DNA from: Felis catus
Lineage: Eukaryota
Assembly: GCF_018350175.1 (NCBI RefSeq)
Contig: NC_058368.1
Span: forward strand, 8,618,001 to 8,682,000
DNA: 64,000 bases
Direction: 5' to 3'
The number at the start of each line of letters is the position of its first letter. The first letter of the stretch is position 1. The notes below the pieces were generated by a model, which was not told the origin of the DNA, did no database searches, and worked only from the letters and a program-made list of their open reading frames with translations. The position numbers and the translations under genes are program-made. This document shows, piece after piece, positions 35,440 to 47,975 of the stretch.

Positions 35440-35640
35440 AAGCTTGTTGGATGGAGGGGGAGAAGAGCTGCAGGTTTGGAACCTGGGTCTGAATCCTGGC
35501 TTTACCTTTTGCTGGGTGCGTGATCTGGAGCAAATCACTAGCTGCTGTGAGCTTCAAAGGGAGGCATTTCCCCCGCCTACTGTGGGGTTACTCTGAGGAT
35601 ACGGGCGGAGGGTCCCATAAAGTCCAGAGCACTTTGCAAC
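35440..35640 (+). mobile_element. MIR
   Basis: ACCTGGGTCTGAATCCTGGCTT..GCTGGGTGCGTGATCTGGAGCAAATCACT. Confidence 0.7.
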
Positions 35641-35719
35641 GGGAAGACTTATGACTTAGTGCAAAATATCTGTGTGGATCACTTATAAAAATTATTCTGA
35701 AACATCGAAAACGAGAGAG

Positions 35720-36480
35720 TAGCAAGGCAAACATCCATCTACTCAGCAGTCAAAATGAGTAAATCTTAATTTTTGCCAAATTTGTTTCAGATCCCCTTTG
35801 AAACAAATACAGCAGCACAGACACAGCGGAAAGCCCTCGTGTTCTCCCGGTCCCACTCCCCTTGGCCTCTCCCCAGAGGCACCCTGGAGTCTCACACCGC
35901 TGCGTGTACTCCCTGTGCATGTGATGGAAATAACCTGTATCAGCACGTAACACGGAGCGTTGTATCTTTAAATACTAGATAAAGGTATCAAAGTGCTCTG
36001 TATTCTGTTCCTTTGCAAGATTCATGCCTGTACCTACACACAGTTGCAATCCACTCATTTTTACTACTGCGATGAAACCCGACAAACTCCATTGTGTATA
36101 TTTCGCCTCATGCCCGCGGACGTTTAGGTCTATGCCCAGCGTGGGGCTGTTAGAAACCATGCTGTATTGTGCGTACCTGCACATATCTCCTTGTGCGTGC
36201 ATGTGACTGTCTCTGTGGGTCTGGAGGTGGAATTGTGTGGTCATGTGCGAATCTCCCCATGAGATGCTAAATCTCTTCCTTGATTTAGCAGAATGCTCTC
36301 AAGTAGCTCTGACAATTTGCCCCACTCCCTCCGTCAGTGTATATGAGTTCCAGTGTCTCCACATACTCACCCCCCGTTGGTGTTTTTGACTTTTTAACAT
36401 CTTGAAGTGAAAACTGGAACTCACAGATAGATACTCAAATTTTATGTGATTTAGACAACGGTAACGTTTTTGTTTCAACG
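35720..36480 (-). mobile_element. Very old L1 (L1ME-like) 3' region
   Basis: CATTTTTACTACTG..CTCCATTGTGTAT and AGTGTATATGAGTTCCAG..TCCACATACTCACC...TTTTTAAC. Confidence 0.6.
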
Positions 36481-36649
36481 TTAAGCCACGTTGGCCAAAC
36501 TCGATACTTACCCTGAGGAAGTACAACAGTGAGTTCGGAGGCTGATTGAAGCCCCACCACTGTCTCTCCTGACCACGATCACTGTGGGCTTCAGCCGTCT
36601 CTCTCTGTCATAGAGAGGTTGCCTCACCAAAACCAGGAGGAATACATGA

Positions 36650-36735
36650 CATGCTGTGTGCGGCCACCAGTCGGAATCACCAAAGCTAAAGCCTGGAATC
36701 TGCATCTGCAACACATTCCCAGGGTGAATCTCAAC
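36650..36735. mobile_element. MER5-like fragment
   Basis: GCCTGGAATCTGCATCTGCAACACATTCCCAGGGTGA. Confidence 0.5.
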
Positions 36736-37139
36736 GCCTAGGTTAGCATATGTAAATAAATCATGGGCTCTTTAAATGAGGTAGAAAAGATCAGTGCTGG
36801 ACATAATGTCAATCAGTGTTACTTCCACAAAGTTGTTAAAAGAGTTCTGAGAGACCAAATAAAAATAGTTACAAGTTCTAAGGAGACGTGGAAGCAGGGT
36901 TGAACGGCTGACTTTTTGAAACTAAACACTGATTTGTGGTGTGAGCACCTCCTCCTGGTGGATTTTAGCATCACAGTCTCACTGATGAGCAAATACCATC
37001 AGCGGGCGCAGTCAAAATGCTTCACTCCAGGGGGCTGGCCCTCCTGGTCTCCCCACAAGTGTCTCTGCTCCCAGGAGGTTGAACATGTTCATCCCTGGAA
37101 GGAATCAATCCCCCACAGGATGCACCAAAACACTGCCAA

Positions 37140-37320
37140 TTCTAGGGGACCTGCTAAATGCTGGGCACTGGTGCTTTTCGCCTAGTTGCTTATCTAATCC
37201 TCAGGATGATTCCATGAAGTGAGTTATTACTTCATTTTTGCCAGTTAAGAAGTAGGAAATGGCAGAGCCAGGGCTCAGCCCAGGTTAGTCCAGCGAGCTT
37301 GAAATCACTGCTCTCTCACC
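37140..37320 (-). mobile_element. MIR
   Basis: TCTAATCCTCA..CCATGAAGT and GGCAGAGCCAGGG..CCCAGGT. Confidence 0.6.
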
Positions 37321-38007
37321 AGATCCTGGTGGCACCAGGAACACTGAGAGAGAAAAGTCTAGCAATTCCGGCGAGCTGTTTTCTGTCAATCAGGGAAGGC
37401 ATCGAAGGAAAAAAACCACTTCTTTGGCTTCAGTCACACTCAGGGAGTCTGAAGGAAATAAGGAGTAAACACGTTTGTCTCTTCCATCTCGGTCCATTCA
37501 CCGACACACTGTGCCCACCTCTCAAGAAATGTGTGGGAGAAGAGGAAAAAAAAAACAACTCCTTCCAGCTAGCTGACTGGTTCCCAAATTTGCCCCGGTG
37601 TCCTTGCCCCCAGCCTTCCTCATGTTTTCCCCTGGTGTGTTACCAAAGGAGTTCTGAATTCTTTAAATTTCAAGATGTTCAGGGAAACGTCCAAAGGTGT
37701 CAGTAATGAGAAGAAAGGATAGGGACCGGGGTCTGTTGTTCCACGCACCCAGCCTGTGCAGCAAGCCATTGCCTCCAGAGAAGGCACACCACCAGAGGGC
37801 CCTGGCAGGAATCAGCAGAGCCCAGGAGATGTGGAGACTCAGCCTGGTAGAACAGCAGTTTGGAAATAACCTCAGTGACTGATCATGGAACAGTTGTATG
37901 GTGGGAGACTTCAAAAAATGTTGTCCCAGAGACTGTTCATGGTTGTTATTGAAAAACTCAGGCGCTATAATCCTAATATTGTGTTTTAAAAGTTTACATA
38001 TACATGT

Positions 38008-38009
<2 letters not shown>

Positions 38010-38060
<51 letters not shown>
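38010..38060. repeat. (TG)n microsatellite
   Basis: About 25 perfect units. Confidence 0.97.
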
Positions 38061-38063
<3 letters not shown>

Positions 38064-38082
38064 CTTTTAAAAAGCACATCTA

Positions 38083-38273
38083 GGGACGCCTGGGTGGGTG
38101 GCTCGGTCGGTTGAGCACCTGACTCTTGATTTCAGCTCAGGTCATGATCTCACGGTTCTGAGTTCCAGCCCCACATCAGTGCAGAGCCTGCTTGGGATTC
38201 TCTCTCTCCTCTCTCTCTGCCCCTCCCCTGCTTGCACTCTCTTTCTCTCACTCTCAAAATAAGTAAAGTCTTA
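38083..38273 (+). mobile_element. Older CanSINE with internal deletion
   Basis: GACTCTTGATTTCAGCTCAGG variant, (CT)n and A tail. Confidence 0.9.
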
Positions 38274-38439
38274 AAAAATATATCTATAAATGCAAACTTT
38301 ATAACACAAATGCGGGTGTGGAAGGACATATACCAAAAAATAATGAGTAATTTTATAATAGGCTTTGGAGTCATTTTAATGATCTATGTATACATATGTA
38401 TGTACGTGTGTATACATACACATACATGCATATACACAT

Positions 38440-39778
38440 ACATACCCTAGACTTAAAATATACAACTATTAAACTTTTAAGAAAAAAATGGGGAAAGAGC
38501 TTTAGGACCTACGACTAAGCAAATAACTCTTAGATTGGACACCAAAAGCATGATCCGTAAAAGGAAAAACTAGTGAATTGGAGTTCATCAAAAATGAAAA
38601 ATTTCTGCTTTGCAAAACACCCTGTTAAGAGGGTAGAAAGACAAGCTGCAGACTGGTAGGAGATATTTGCGAACCACATGTCCAACAAGGGACTAGTATG
38701 CATAAAGAGCTCTTAAAACTCAATAGTAAAAGGACCCAAAAGTTAGAATACAGGCAAAAAACCATGAATAGCCATCTCGCCAAAGAAGATATACAGATGG
38801 TGTATAAGCATGTGAAAAAAACACATTCAAATTCATTAGCCATTACGGAAATGCAAATTAAAACAACAGTGTAACTAACATCACTGTCCACACCAACCAA
38901 GACAGCTAAAACAAAAGATAGTGACGACACCCAATGCTGGTGAATGCAGAAAATCTGGGTAACTTACAAACTGCTTGAGGGAATGCGAAGTTTACGACCA
39001 CTCTGGGAAACAGTTCAGTGGTTTCCTATGAGACCAGGCATTCAGTTTCCATACAGCCCGGCAGGTGTACTCCTGGGCATTTATCCAATAGTGAAGGTTT
39101 ATGTTCATGCAGAAAATAGAGCACACAAACATTCATGGCAGCTTTATTTGTAATAGCCCCCAACTGGAAACAACCCAGAAGGCCTTCGTAGGTAAATGAT
39201 GAAGAAACAGGGTGCATCCGTACCATAGAATACTACTCAGCAGTCAAAAAGGGACATACTGTTGATATACACAGCATCCCGGGTAAATCTTCAGAGATTA
39301 TGCTGAGTGACCAAGGCCAATCCCCAAAGGTTACATACTGTATGACTCCCTTTATATAATCTTCTTAAGTTGACAAAATAATAGAAATGGAGAATAGATT
39401 AGCAGTCGATTAGCAGGTCAAAGGGTATGAATAGGAGATGGGGTGGTGGGAAGAAAAGTGGGTATGGTTATAACCACACAAGGCCAACGTTAGAGGTCTT
39501 TGTGGTAATGGAGTCATTCTGTATCTTGATTGTGGTGGTCATACAATTGCATACAAGCACACACACATGAATGAGTATAGGTAAAACTAGGGAAATCTGA
39601 ACAATACTGGTAGATTATATCAATGCTGATATTCTGGTTGTGATATTGTACTATAATTTTCTAAGACATTACCATGGAGGGAAACTGTGTATGATAAACA
39701 GGATCTCTCCATATTCTTTCTTATGACTGCATGTGAGTCTGTAATTGTCTTAAAATAAAAAGTTTAACTTAAAAAATT
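38440..39778 (+). mobile_element. L1MC-like 3' fragment
   Basis: ORF2 end remnants and a 3' UTR with TATTCTGGTTGTGATATTGTACTATA...CTGCATGTGAGTCT..AAATAAAAAGTTT. Confidence 0.85.
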
Positions 39779-39789
39779 ATGTAATTTTT

Positions 39790-39972
39790 ATGTTTGTATA
39801 AACTATATAGCGTATATTTATATAATTATATAGCATCTATATAATCTCTATATAGCATATCTATCTATATATCTATATAATATATATATCTATATAATCT
39901 ATATATAGTATATATATCTATCTATATAATCATATAGCATCTATTATTTATATATAACATTATTATAGTATA
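39790..39972. repeat. AT-rich low-complexity (TA)-like tract
   Basis: Imperfect TATATAGCATCTAT and TCTATATAAT units. Confidence 0.85.
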
Positions 39973-40004
39973 CTCTCCATCAAAAAAAAAAAAGTAATTT
40001 AAAA

Positions 40005-40162
40005 TGGTGCACCTGTGTGGCTCAGTTGGTTAAGCATCCAACTCTTGATTTCGGTTGAGGCTGTGATCTCACAGTCCTGAGATCGAGCCCCATGGCAGAT
40101 TCTGCGCTGGGTGTGGAGCCTGCTTGGGATTCTTTCTCTCCCTTTCTCTCTGCCCCTCCCCT

Positions 40163-40210
<48 letters not shown>

Positions 40211-40232
40211 CCCCCCCTCAAAAAAAAAGACA
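40005..40232 (+). mobile_element. Older CanSINE with long (CT)n
   Basis: Diverged head GTGCACCTGTGTGGCTCAGTTGGTTAAG, and (CT)n of about 22 units. Confidence 0.9.
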
Positions 40233-40564
40233 AACTAACATTATTATAGTATATGTATTTTGTTATAGCTTGGTATTTATAAGACATAGATTAACTACTA
40301 ATATGATCACTGAAGGTCTCAACCAATTTGAAATTTTCCAGTAGTCTGTTACAAGATAAAATTAATAATTTGCTCCTCATTTCAGCAAAACTTTATGAAA
40401 GCATTGTCTGTACTCTTGGTACCAAATTCTTCCATTCTTTTTCGAACCCACTTTAGTTAGGGCTTCACCTACCGAATTTTACCAAAAGATACTGAGACGA
40501 CCAGTGAGCTACATGATATTAACATGATGCCCCTACTTCTTTTGACCAAACGGCATCATTTATC

Positions 40565-40763
40565 TCCCCTGCGTGTCTCTCTGTCTACAAATTTCCCTCA
40601 TCTTTTAAGGACATCAGTCTTAACCGAATTTAGGGTCCACATTAATCCAGTATGACGCTAGCTTAGCTTGATTGCACCTGCCAAGACCCTACACCCAAAT
40701 GAGGTCACATTCACAGGTTCCCAATGGTCATAAATTTTGGGAGGACACAATGCAACCAGTACA
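40565..40763 (-). mobile_element. MLT1A-C-type MaLR LTR fragment inside an L2 remnant
   Basis: TAAGGACATCAGTC...TAATCCAGTATGAC...AAGACCCTA..CCAAATGAGGTCACATTCACAGGT...GGACACAAT. Confidence 0.8.
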
Positions 40764-41533
40764 CATACCATATAACTCTATAATTGATTTATTTTGTTAC
40801 TGTGTGGACCCCTGTTCCGGGATTTAATTTCCTTAGAGACAAGAATTTTTTCTGCTTGGTCCTAAACGTATCCTACATTCAGGGGATGTGTATGTTGTCC
40901 AGAAAAGGGTAGATTCACAGTATGTTAAACAGTATACTTACGTATCATGCAATGAATTTAAGGGACTTGCTGACACCCTTCAGTGGTGATCTACATGTGG
41001 ACAGTCAACTCCTTTGACAATGTTAACTGAACAAATAGACAAATGCAAACTACTAAGTGATCAAGTTAAAACAGAGACCTCATTTGGCCATTTAAAATAA
41101 AGCTTACGTTTTCTAAATCATATTATTCCTTTTAAGTGAAAATTTCACGGTTACTCGTTAAAATTCTGGGTGACAAGGGACAGTGTGAGTCTAAACCAGA
41201 GTGTAGAGACGCTTGTCAACAAGGGGTTTCAAGTGGCAGCTTCCTTATAGTCTACTTTCCAGTGGACCATTGAGTTCCTGGAGCCCATCGAACCTCAGTG
41301 TGCCTGAGGCTGGCTGTTGGTCCTTAATGCAGCTGAAAGGTTTGATCTTTATCTGCCGGGGGCTAGGCAGGAGTATGGAGAGCCAAATGGATTTTGAAGG
41401 CCATGAATAAAGTACTTTATGTCTTGTCTCTCCCACTCCCTACAAGTTAGATCTTGTCCAGTCCAGCCTTTGTGTATGTGGGGTGCATGTGGATGTGTGT
41501 CTGGTGATGTGTGAGTACAGAGTGCACGTCACC

Positions 41534-41680
41534 AGGCCAGGATTAGGGCAGCACGAGTGAAGGCTTCACCTTGGGCACCAAGAGTAATCAAGTAACTAAT
41601 ATTTTAATGCAATATTTTTGAAAACCAAAAATAATCCAAAAAATGCACTGAAAAACAGTACCAAATTTTTAAACTCAAAC
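41534..41680. mobile_element. hAT-type MITE fragment (MER96-like)
   Basis: CAGGCCAGGATTAGGG...AGTAATCAAG..AATATTTTAATGCAATATTTTT. Family name from memory. Confidence 0.55.
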
Positions 41681-43277
41681 AAGCTGTTTGGTCTGTGACC
41701 CTGTATTGTTTCACCTGGTCCATGTGGCCAGTCGTTCTGTCCCCTGTTAGGTACGTTCATGGGGGTTGACCGTTGTATAGGCACAGGTTGAACACAGCAG
41801 GTATTATGTGCAGTTATTTTTTTGTTGTAGAGTTTTTAACTTTTTCCACTTGGCTCAGAGTGTGGGAGGACATTTTGGTAAATGTCTAAAGGAGCACAGA
41901 TATTTCCTTCCACCTCACACTGTCTGTGGGTCAGCACACCAGTGTCCATGTGTGTCCTTGCACGTGTGCTCGTGTGTGTGTTTATGTGTTCACGTCCCAT
42001 GCTGGGTTTGGCTCTGACACATCTCCAAATGCGGTGGTTGGTCAGATTAAGTTAGGAGGACCCCCAAGGTTTGACCTCATCTCAGCGGCTCCGCAATAGC
42101 CGATTAATCCTGAATGACCCCAAGGTGGTCCAGGGTGTCCCAGAGCAGGCGCACACAGGGACGTGCAGCCCAGTCTCTCTAGCTTATTATAACCAATATT
42201 GCAATCCACCTGGGGGACTTCTTGGACGTCACAGTGAATGCAGTCATTCATATTAGGGCAATGGTTTGAGACTAATCTCCGTGATCTTTCCCTGCACCCC
42301 AGGGGTCATGAGTCCTGAATCCTTACATGGATGGGGACACCTTTGTCTTGACTTTGTTGCCAGGAGCTCAAGCACCCTTTCACTGAATGTTGCTGATTAC
42401 TCCAGTTCTCCCTTTTTCTTAACTGATCTGAAAGTGACTCTGAGAAGCCAGAGCAAGTCTGCAGGGCCGGTCCTCCCATCCCCAAGAGAATAGGGAAAGA
42501 AAAAAGAGTTGTTATGCAGCATTTCTCCTTCTCAATGCCATAAAATCTACCCAAATGTCTTATCGGTGGTTCGGCAAGGTAACTGGAAGATGAAATGGAG
42601 AGCAGGATTTAACAGCACATAAGACAGACACACTGCCCTGCAAATCCCAACCAGAAAGGACCCTATGCCCATGGTAAAATGCAGGGTCCCTTCTTTCTTT
42701 GCCTTCCAGGCTCCATTCAGCACTTCGTGGCATTTTCCCTCTTTGCTCATATTGTTTGCATCACTATTTCTGTCTTAAATTTAGCACCACCGTGCACTGA
42801 GCCTGCATTTTTGACAGCAGTTTTGGCTAATGTGCACTGTGGTGGGAAGACAGGTGCTGTACATAAATCTCAATGTTATTTCCATGATTATAAACTACGG
42901 GGGCACTCGAGGATGATCGCTCTAAAGTTGGTTATCGACAGCATTTTTGGAGAAGAGCCTTTCTAGTGTCAGTCTATCATGTCCTACAGTTTGAGGAATT
43001 CCCATCCGTCGTCTAGAGATAACATGCATGTGAGTGTGATTCACAGTATTTTTGTAACATAATCACAAGGAGAAAATGAATAAAGACAAGATTCTTTCAC
43101 AGAATATTTAAAAGAAAGAGTACTTCCATGAGAAAAATGTTTCTGAGGAAATCCTACCACCACAAATAATTATGTATTAGTCTTATGAAATAATTTCAAA
43201 GAGGAAATAATTTTTGTTCAACTTACATAAAAATAATTTAAAGTTAGGTACTCTACTATAAATAATAGATGAAAAGA

Positions 43278-43438
43278 GGGGTGCCTGGGTAGCTCAGTTG
43301 GTTAAGCGCCCAACTTCAGCTCAGGTCATGATCTCGCAGTTTGTGAGTTCAGGCCCCACGTCGGGCTCTGTACTGTTAGCTCAGAGCCTGGAGCCTGCTT
43401 CGGATTCTGTGCCTCTCTGTCTGCCCCTCCTCCACTTG

Positions 43439-43478
<40 letters not shown>

Positions 43479-43514
43479 AATAAACAAAAAAATGTAAAAA
43501 CAAAAATTTTTTTA
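43278..43514 (+). mobile_element. Felid CanSINE
   Basis: Full copy with TSD AATAGATGAAAAGA / AACAGAAGAAAAGA. Confidence 0.95.
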
Positions 43515-43739
43515 AACAGAAGAAAAGATTAAAATAATTATATAGATATTTTCTACATAAGCATTGAAATTATGGAAAAGAAATTTCACTTAAGGTAGAA
43601 ATGTGTCATTACAGAGTACTGAAAAATTTCTTAAAGTTTTGCCTTTAAGGACAGGGATGACTATTTCTCTGTAATCAGGAAAATATTGAAAAGCTTGAAC
43701 CTGGATGGCTTGCCATGGCTCCTAGAATAAAAACTACTC

Positions 43740-44232
43740 TGTGTGGCAGGAGCTCTGAGGTAGCATGAGCTCTCTTTCCTCTCTGCTCTCAAGTGCCATT
43801 TCCCCCCAGGCTGCTCTCCCTCTGTCCACCAACGTAGCCCTGACCACCCTTCAGGTGCTTGCGTGCCCCTGGCCCACCCAGGGCCTTTGTATACTCTGCT
43901 CCCACCCCAGGCTTATGTTTCTTTTCATCCTTCACACAGGCTAACAGATCTCAGCTAAAGCATCTCATCTTTAGGGAAGCCCGTTCTGACCTTCTTCACT
44001 AGATTAGTCCTCATGCCTCCAACCCCAGCCACACACACAATATCCCCTTTACATTCTTTCCTTTGTAGCTCTTATCAGAGCTCAAATGTTCTAAACATTT
44101 GAGATTGTTTAATAATCTCTCTCGACCTCTGTGTACTCCGAAGGTCACTTAAGAGCTGGAACTCGGCCTGGTTTTCTTATCATGACACTCTCTTTTGTCT
44201 ATCCTGATGCCTTAATAAAAATTTTGGAATGA
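43740..44232 (+). mobile_element. Degenerate L2 3' region
   Basis: CCCAGGGCCTTTGT..CTCTGCT, TCTCAGCT..CATCT..AGGGAAGCC, and an AATAAA..TGGAATGAA end. Confidence 0.65.
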
Positions 44233-44367
44233 AAGTGAAGCCAATCAGTGTGCAACCAGTCCTTCTTCAGTGGCTAATTTATTAATATAAAGAAATTTCT
44301 TTTAAAACCCTTGCTGTATTTCAGATAAAGGTTTTGCATTTTGATGAGTAGACCCTGTTGCAGAGAC

Positions 44368-44592
44368 AGTTTTTTTGAGATATAACTGACATATAACATT
44401 GTGTGTTTTTAAGGTACACAATGTGTTGATTCAATACAGCTAACACCTCTAGCACATCATAGAATTATCTTTTCTTTTTTGTGGTGAGAACATTTAAGAT
44501 CTAGTCTCTTGCCAATTTAAGGTACATAATATAGTATTATTGACTATAATCATTGTGCTGTGCATTAGATCTCTTTCGTCTTCTAACTGCAG
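44368..44592 (-). mobile_element. L1MA-like 3' end
   Basis: TTTTGTGGTGAGAACATTTAAGATCTA..CTCTT...TACAT..TATTATTGACTATA..CATTAGATCTC. Confidence 0.8.
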
Positions 44593-45720
44593 AATCTCTT
44601 CTTCTATATTTATTTGGCTGCCATTACATTTAAGCTATCCATGTAACAATAACACTGTGTTCTGGGTGAAAGATGCCATTCCTACTGCTCTGATGCATTT
44701 GTTTCTCTACTAAGGACAGCAGGGAATAGTTAAATACCATGATAAATTGAATTTCCACAAAATTGATGCAGTGAGAGAGCATGTCTTTTACCAAAATACT
44801 CATACAGCTACTGGACAAAACAGAATGCTACTCTGACTGTCAAAAGAATGGCCTGGCCACTCACCCTAATTAGAATGAGGACACAGAGTTTTAAGTTTCA
44901 TGCAATATCTGTTTCTCTAGGACCAGGATTTTATGTGTAAATAACGATACTTCTGGATTGAAAACTTATGTTATAGGAACTTTGAAACATAATTTTATTG
45001 ATGCATAGAATTGAAGAAGAAAAACGGGGTGATGTGGAAGAGTGACAGGAAGTCGGTATTAGAATTCCATGTAGTAATCTTATAGCCAATGAACCTTTCA
45101 ACAAACCTTCCTGAGATGTCATTTCTTACTAAATATATACTGTGGGCTTCCTTGCTCTTGTAGTTCTAGACATGGAATGACACGTGTGTCTTCCTACTGC
45201 TGTTGATGAGTGTCAGCTCTATGCCCATTATCCACCTCCAACTTCCTGAAGTTTTCTTCATCCACTACAAATTCTCAGCAATAAGTATCCAAAAATTTGT
45301 TATTTTTTTTCCTGTGTTTAACGCATACTTACATAGATAGGCTTTCATTGGGGAAGTCAGAATAGTAGCCGTTACAGCAGTGGTTTTTAATAGGTATTTA
45401 CATATAGACTTCCAAAACAGATAGCCTTTATGCAGATATCTTTTAAGATCTTACTTGTATAAAAAGTTGTTTGACAACTTGACATTTAAGTACTTACCAG
45501 ATCAAGAGCCTACCATTATTAACCATAATATTTAATTTACTGTTAATAAACCGGCTCAATTAATGATGAAAAGTAAATGAATTTCACTTGCTGTTTAGTA
45601 TGCCTCTATATATATTTAATTCAGTTTTGCTAACAATGTAATGTGTATGGCTTTATGGAAAAGCAAGAGCATCTATCAGGCCAAATATTTTACATTTAGT
45701 CCCACAGATGGGTTCTTGTG

Positions 45721-45770
45721 TTCTCCAGTATTCTCCAGTATTCTCCAGTATTCTCCAGTATTCTCCAGAA
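45721..45770. repeat. (TTCTCCAGTA) x about 5 tandem repeat
   Basis: Four perfect 10-mers plus TTCTCCAGAA. Confidence 0.95.
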
Positions 45771-45805
45771 CAAATGATTAGGCTTTTTAAAAATAAAGTA
45801 TTTTT

Positions 45806-46024
45806 GGGGTGCCTGGGTGGCGCAGTTGGTTAAGCGTCCGACTTCAGCTCAGGTCACGATCTCGAGGTCCGTGAGTTTGAGCCCCGCGTCGGGCTCTGGG
45901 CTGATGGCTCAGAGCCTGGAGCCTGGTTCCGATTCTGTGTCTCCCTCTCTCTCTGCCCCTCCCCCGTTCATGCTCTGTCTCTCTCTGTCCCAAAAATAAA
46001 TAAACGTTGAAAAAAAAATTAAAA
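45806..46024 (+). mobile_element. Young felid CanSINE
   Basis: CTGGGCTGATGG variant with TSD AAAAATAAAGTATTT. Confidence 0.96.
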
Positions 46025-46399
46025 AAAAATAAAGTATTTCTAATAATGTAGGCTCTTTTTTTTCTCAAAGAAACTATTTTCTAAATCAAACTAGCTAAGT
46101 GCTTTATATAAGTTGAACTGTACTGTAATGTCCCCCAGTAGTGATAACTAAGAACATCTGCATGGCTTCTAAATTTGACCACTAGAAAATAATTCAGCCT
46201 TTTAAAATTTCTTATTTAACCAGGAAAGTTAAAATTAGAATGTATTTTAGGTGGAAACCACAATAAAGGACCTAATTAAGTGATAATTACATTTGCTGTC
46301 TCAAATTCATGCATGTATAATACTGAAATAGAAGGGTTACATGAACAGAGAGACAAACCAATGCTTTTGTGTCCTTTTTACCAAAGTACAAAGGGGGCA

Positions 46400-47975
46400 T
46401 GGTGATATATGGTCAATTAATCTATGACAAAAGAGACAATAATGTGTGATGGGGAAAAGACAGTCTCTCCTCAATAAACGGTGCTGGGAGAAGCGAACAG
46501 CTATATGCCAAAGAATGAAACTGGACCACTTTCTTACACCATACACATAAATAAACTCAAATGGATTAAAGACCTGAATGTGAGACCTAAAACCATAAAC
46601 CTCCTAGAAGGAAACATGGGCAGTAATTTCTTTGACATTGACCATAGAAACATTTTTCTAAATATGTCTCCTCAGGCAAGGGAAACAAAAGCAAAATTAA
46701 ACTATTGGGACTACATCAAAATAGAACGTTTTTGCACAGTGAAGGAAACCATCGAGAAAACAAAAAGGCCACTGCTGAATGGAAGAAAACATTTGCAAAT
46801 GATATATCTGATGGGGGTTAATATCCAAAATATATAAAAAACTTACCCAATTCAACACACACACACACACACACACACTAATCCAATTAAAAATGGGCAG
46901 AGGATTTGAACAGGCAATTTTCAAAAGAAGACATTCCGATGGCTAACAGGCATGTGAAAAGGCGTTCAACATCACTAATTATCAAGGAAATGCAAATTAA
47001 AACCACGAGATCACTCTACCCCTGTCAGAATGGCTAAAATCAAAAATACAGGAAATAACAGGTATTAAGAAAAAGGAACCCTCATGCACTGTTGGTGAGA
47101 AGGCAAATTTGTGCAGCCATTATGGAAAACAGTATGGAGGTTCCTCAAAACATTAAAAATAAGGGCGCCTGGGTGGCTCAGTCGGTTGGGTGTCCGACTT
47201 TGGCTCAGGTCATGATCTCACCGTCCGTGAGTTTGAGCCCCGCATCGGGCTCTCTGCTGACAGCTCAGAGTCTGGAGCGTGCTTCGGATTCTGTGTCTCC
47301 TTTTCTCCCTGCCCCTCCCCCCACTAGCACTCTGTCTCTCTCTCTCTCTCTGTCTCAAAAATAAAATAAAAACATAACAAAAATGAAAAATAAAACCAAA
47401 AAACATTAAAAATAAAATTACCATATGATCCAGTAATTCCACTACTAGGTCTTTATCCAAAGAAAATGAAAGCACTAATTCAAAAAGATGCACGCACTCC
47501 TATGTTTATTGCAGCGTTATTTACAATAGCCAAGATATGGAAGCAACCCAGGTGTCGGTTGACAAATGAATGGGCGAAGAAGTGGTATACACACACAATG
47601 GAAAATTACTCAGCCATCAAAAAAAATGAAGTCTTGCCATTTGCAACGACATGGATGGTTCTAATGCTAAGTGAGATAAGTCAGAGAAAAACAAATACCA
47701 TTTGATTTCACTCATGTGTAGAATTTAAGAAGCAAAGCCAATCAACAAAGAAAAAGAGACAAAAAAAAACCCCAACAGACTCTTAAATAGGGAGAACAAA
47801 CTGGTAGTTACCAGAGGGGGGGGGGTAGGTCAGGGGGTGGGTGAATTAGATGACGGGGAGTAAGAGTCCACTTATCGTGATGAGCACTGAGAAATGTATA
47901 GAATTGTTGAATCATTACATTGTACAGCTGAAACTAATATAGCGCTGTGTATTAATTATACTTCAGTTAAAACAA
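46400..47975 (+). mobile_element. Carnivore L1 3' fragment containing a SINE and (AC)n
   Basis: [13 protein letters not shown]...LNYWDYIK and [18 protein letters not shown], 3' UTR, and (AC)n at 46855-46878. Confidence 0.92.
47162..47399 (+). mobile_element. Felid CanSINE nested in L1
   Basis: TSD AAAACATTAAAAATA on both sides. Confidence 0.95.

Noticed and set aside
41700..42250. Possible old LTR
   Set aside because: The composition is suggestive, but I could not match any consensus or terminal motifs.
44305..44340. Possible 6-nt microexon TTGCTGTATTTCAG|ATAAAG|GTTTTG
   Set aside because: The donor GTTTTG is weak and the pyrimidine tract is short.
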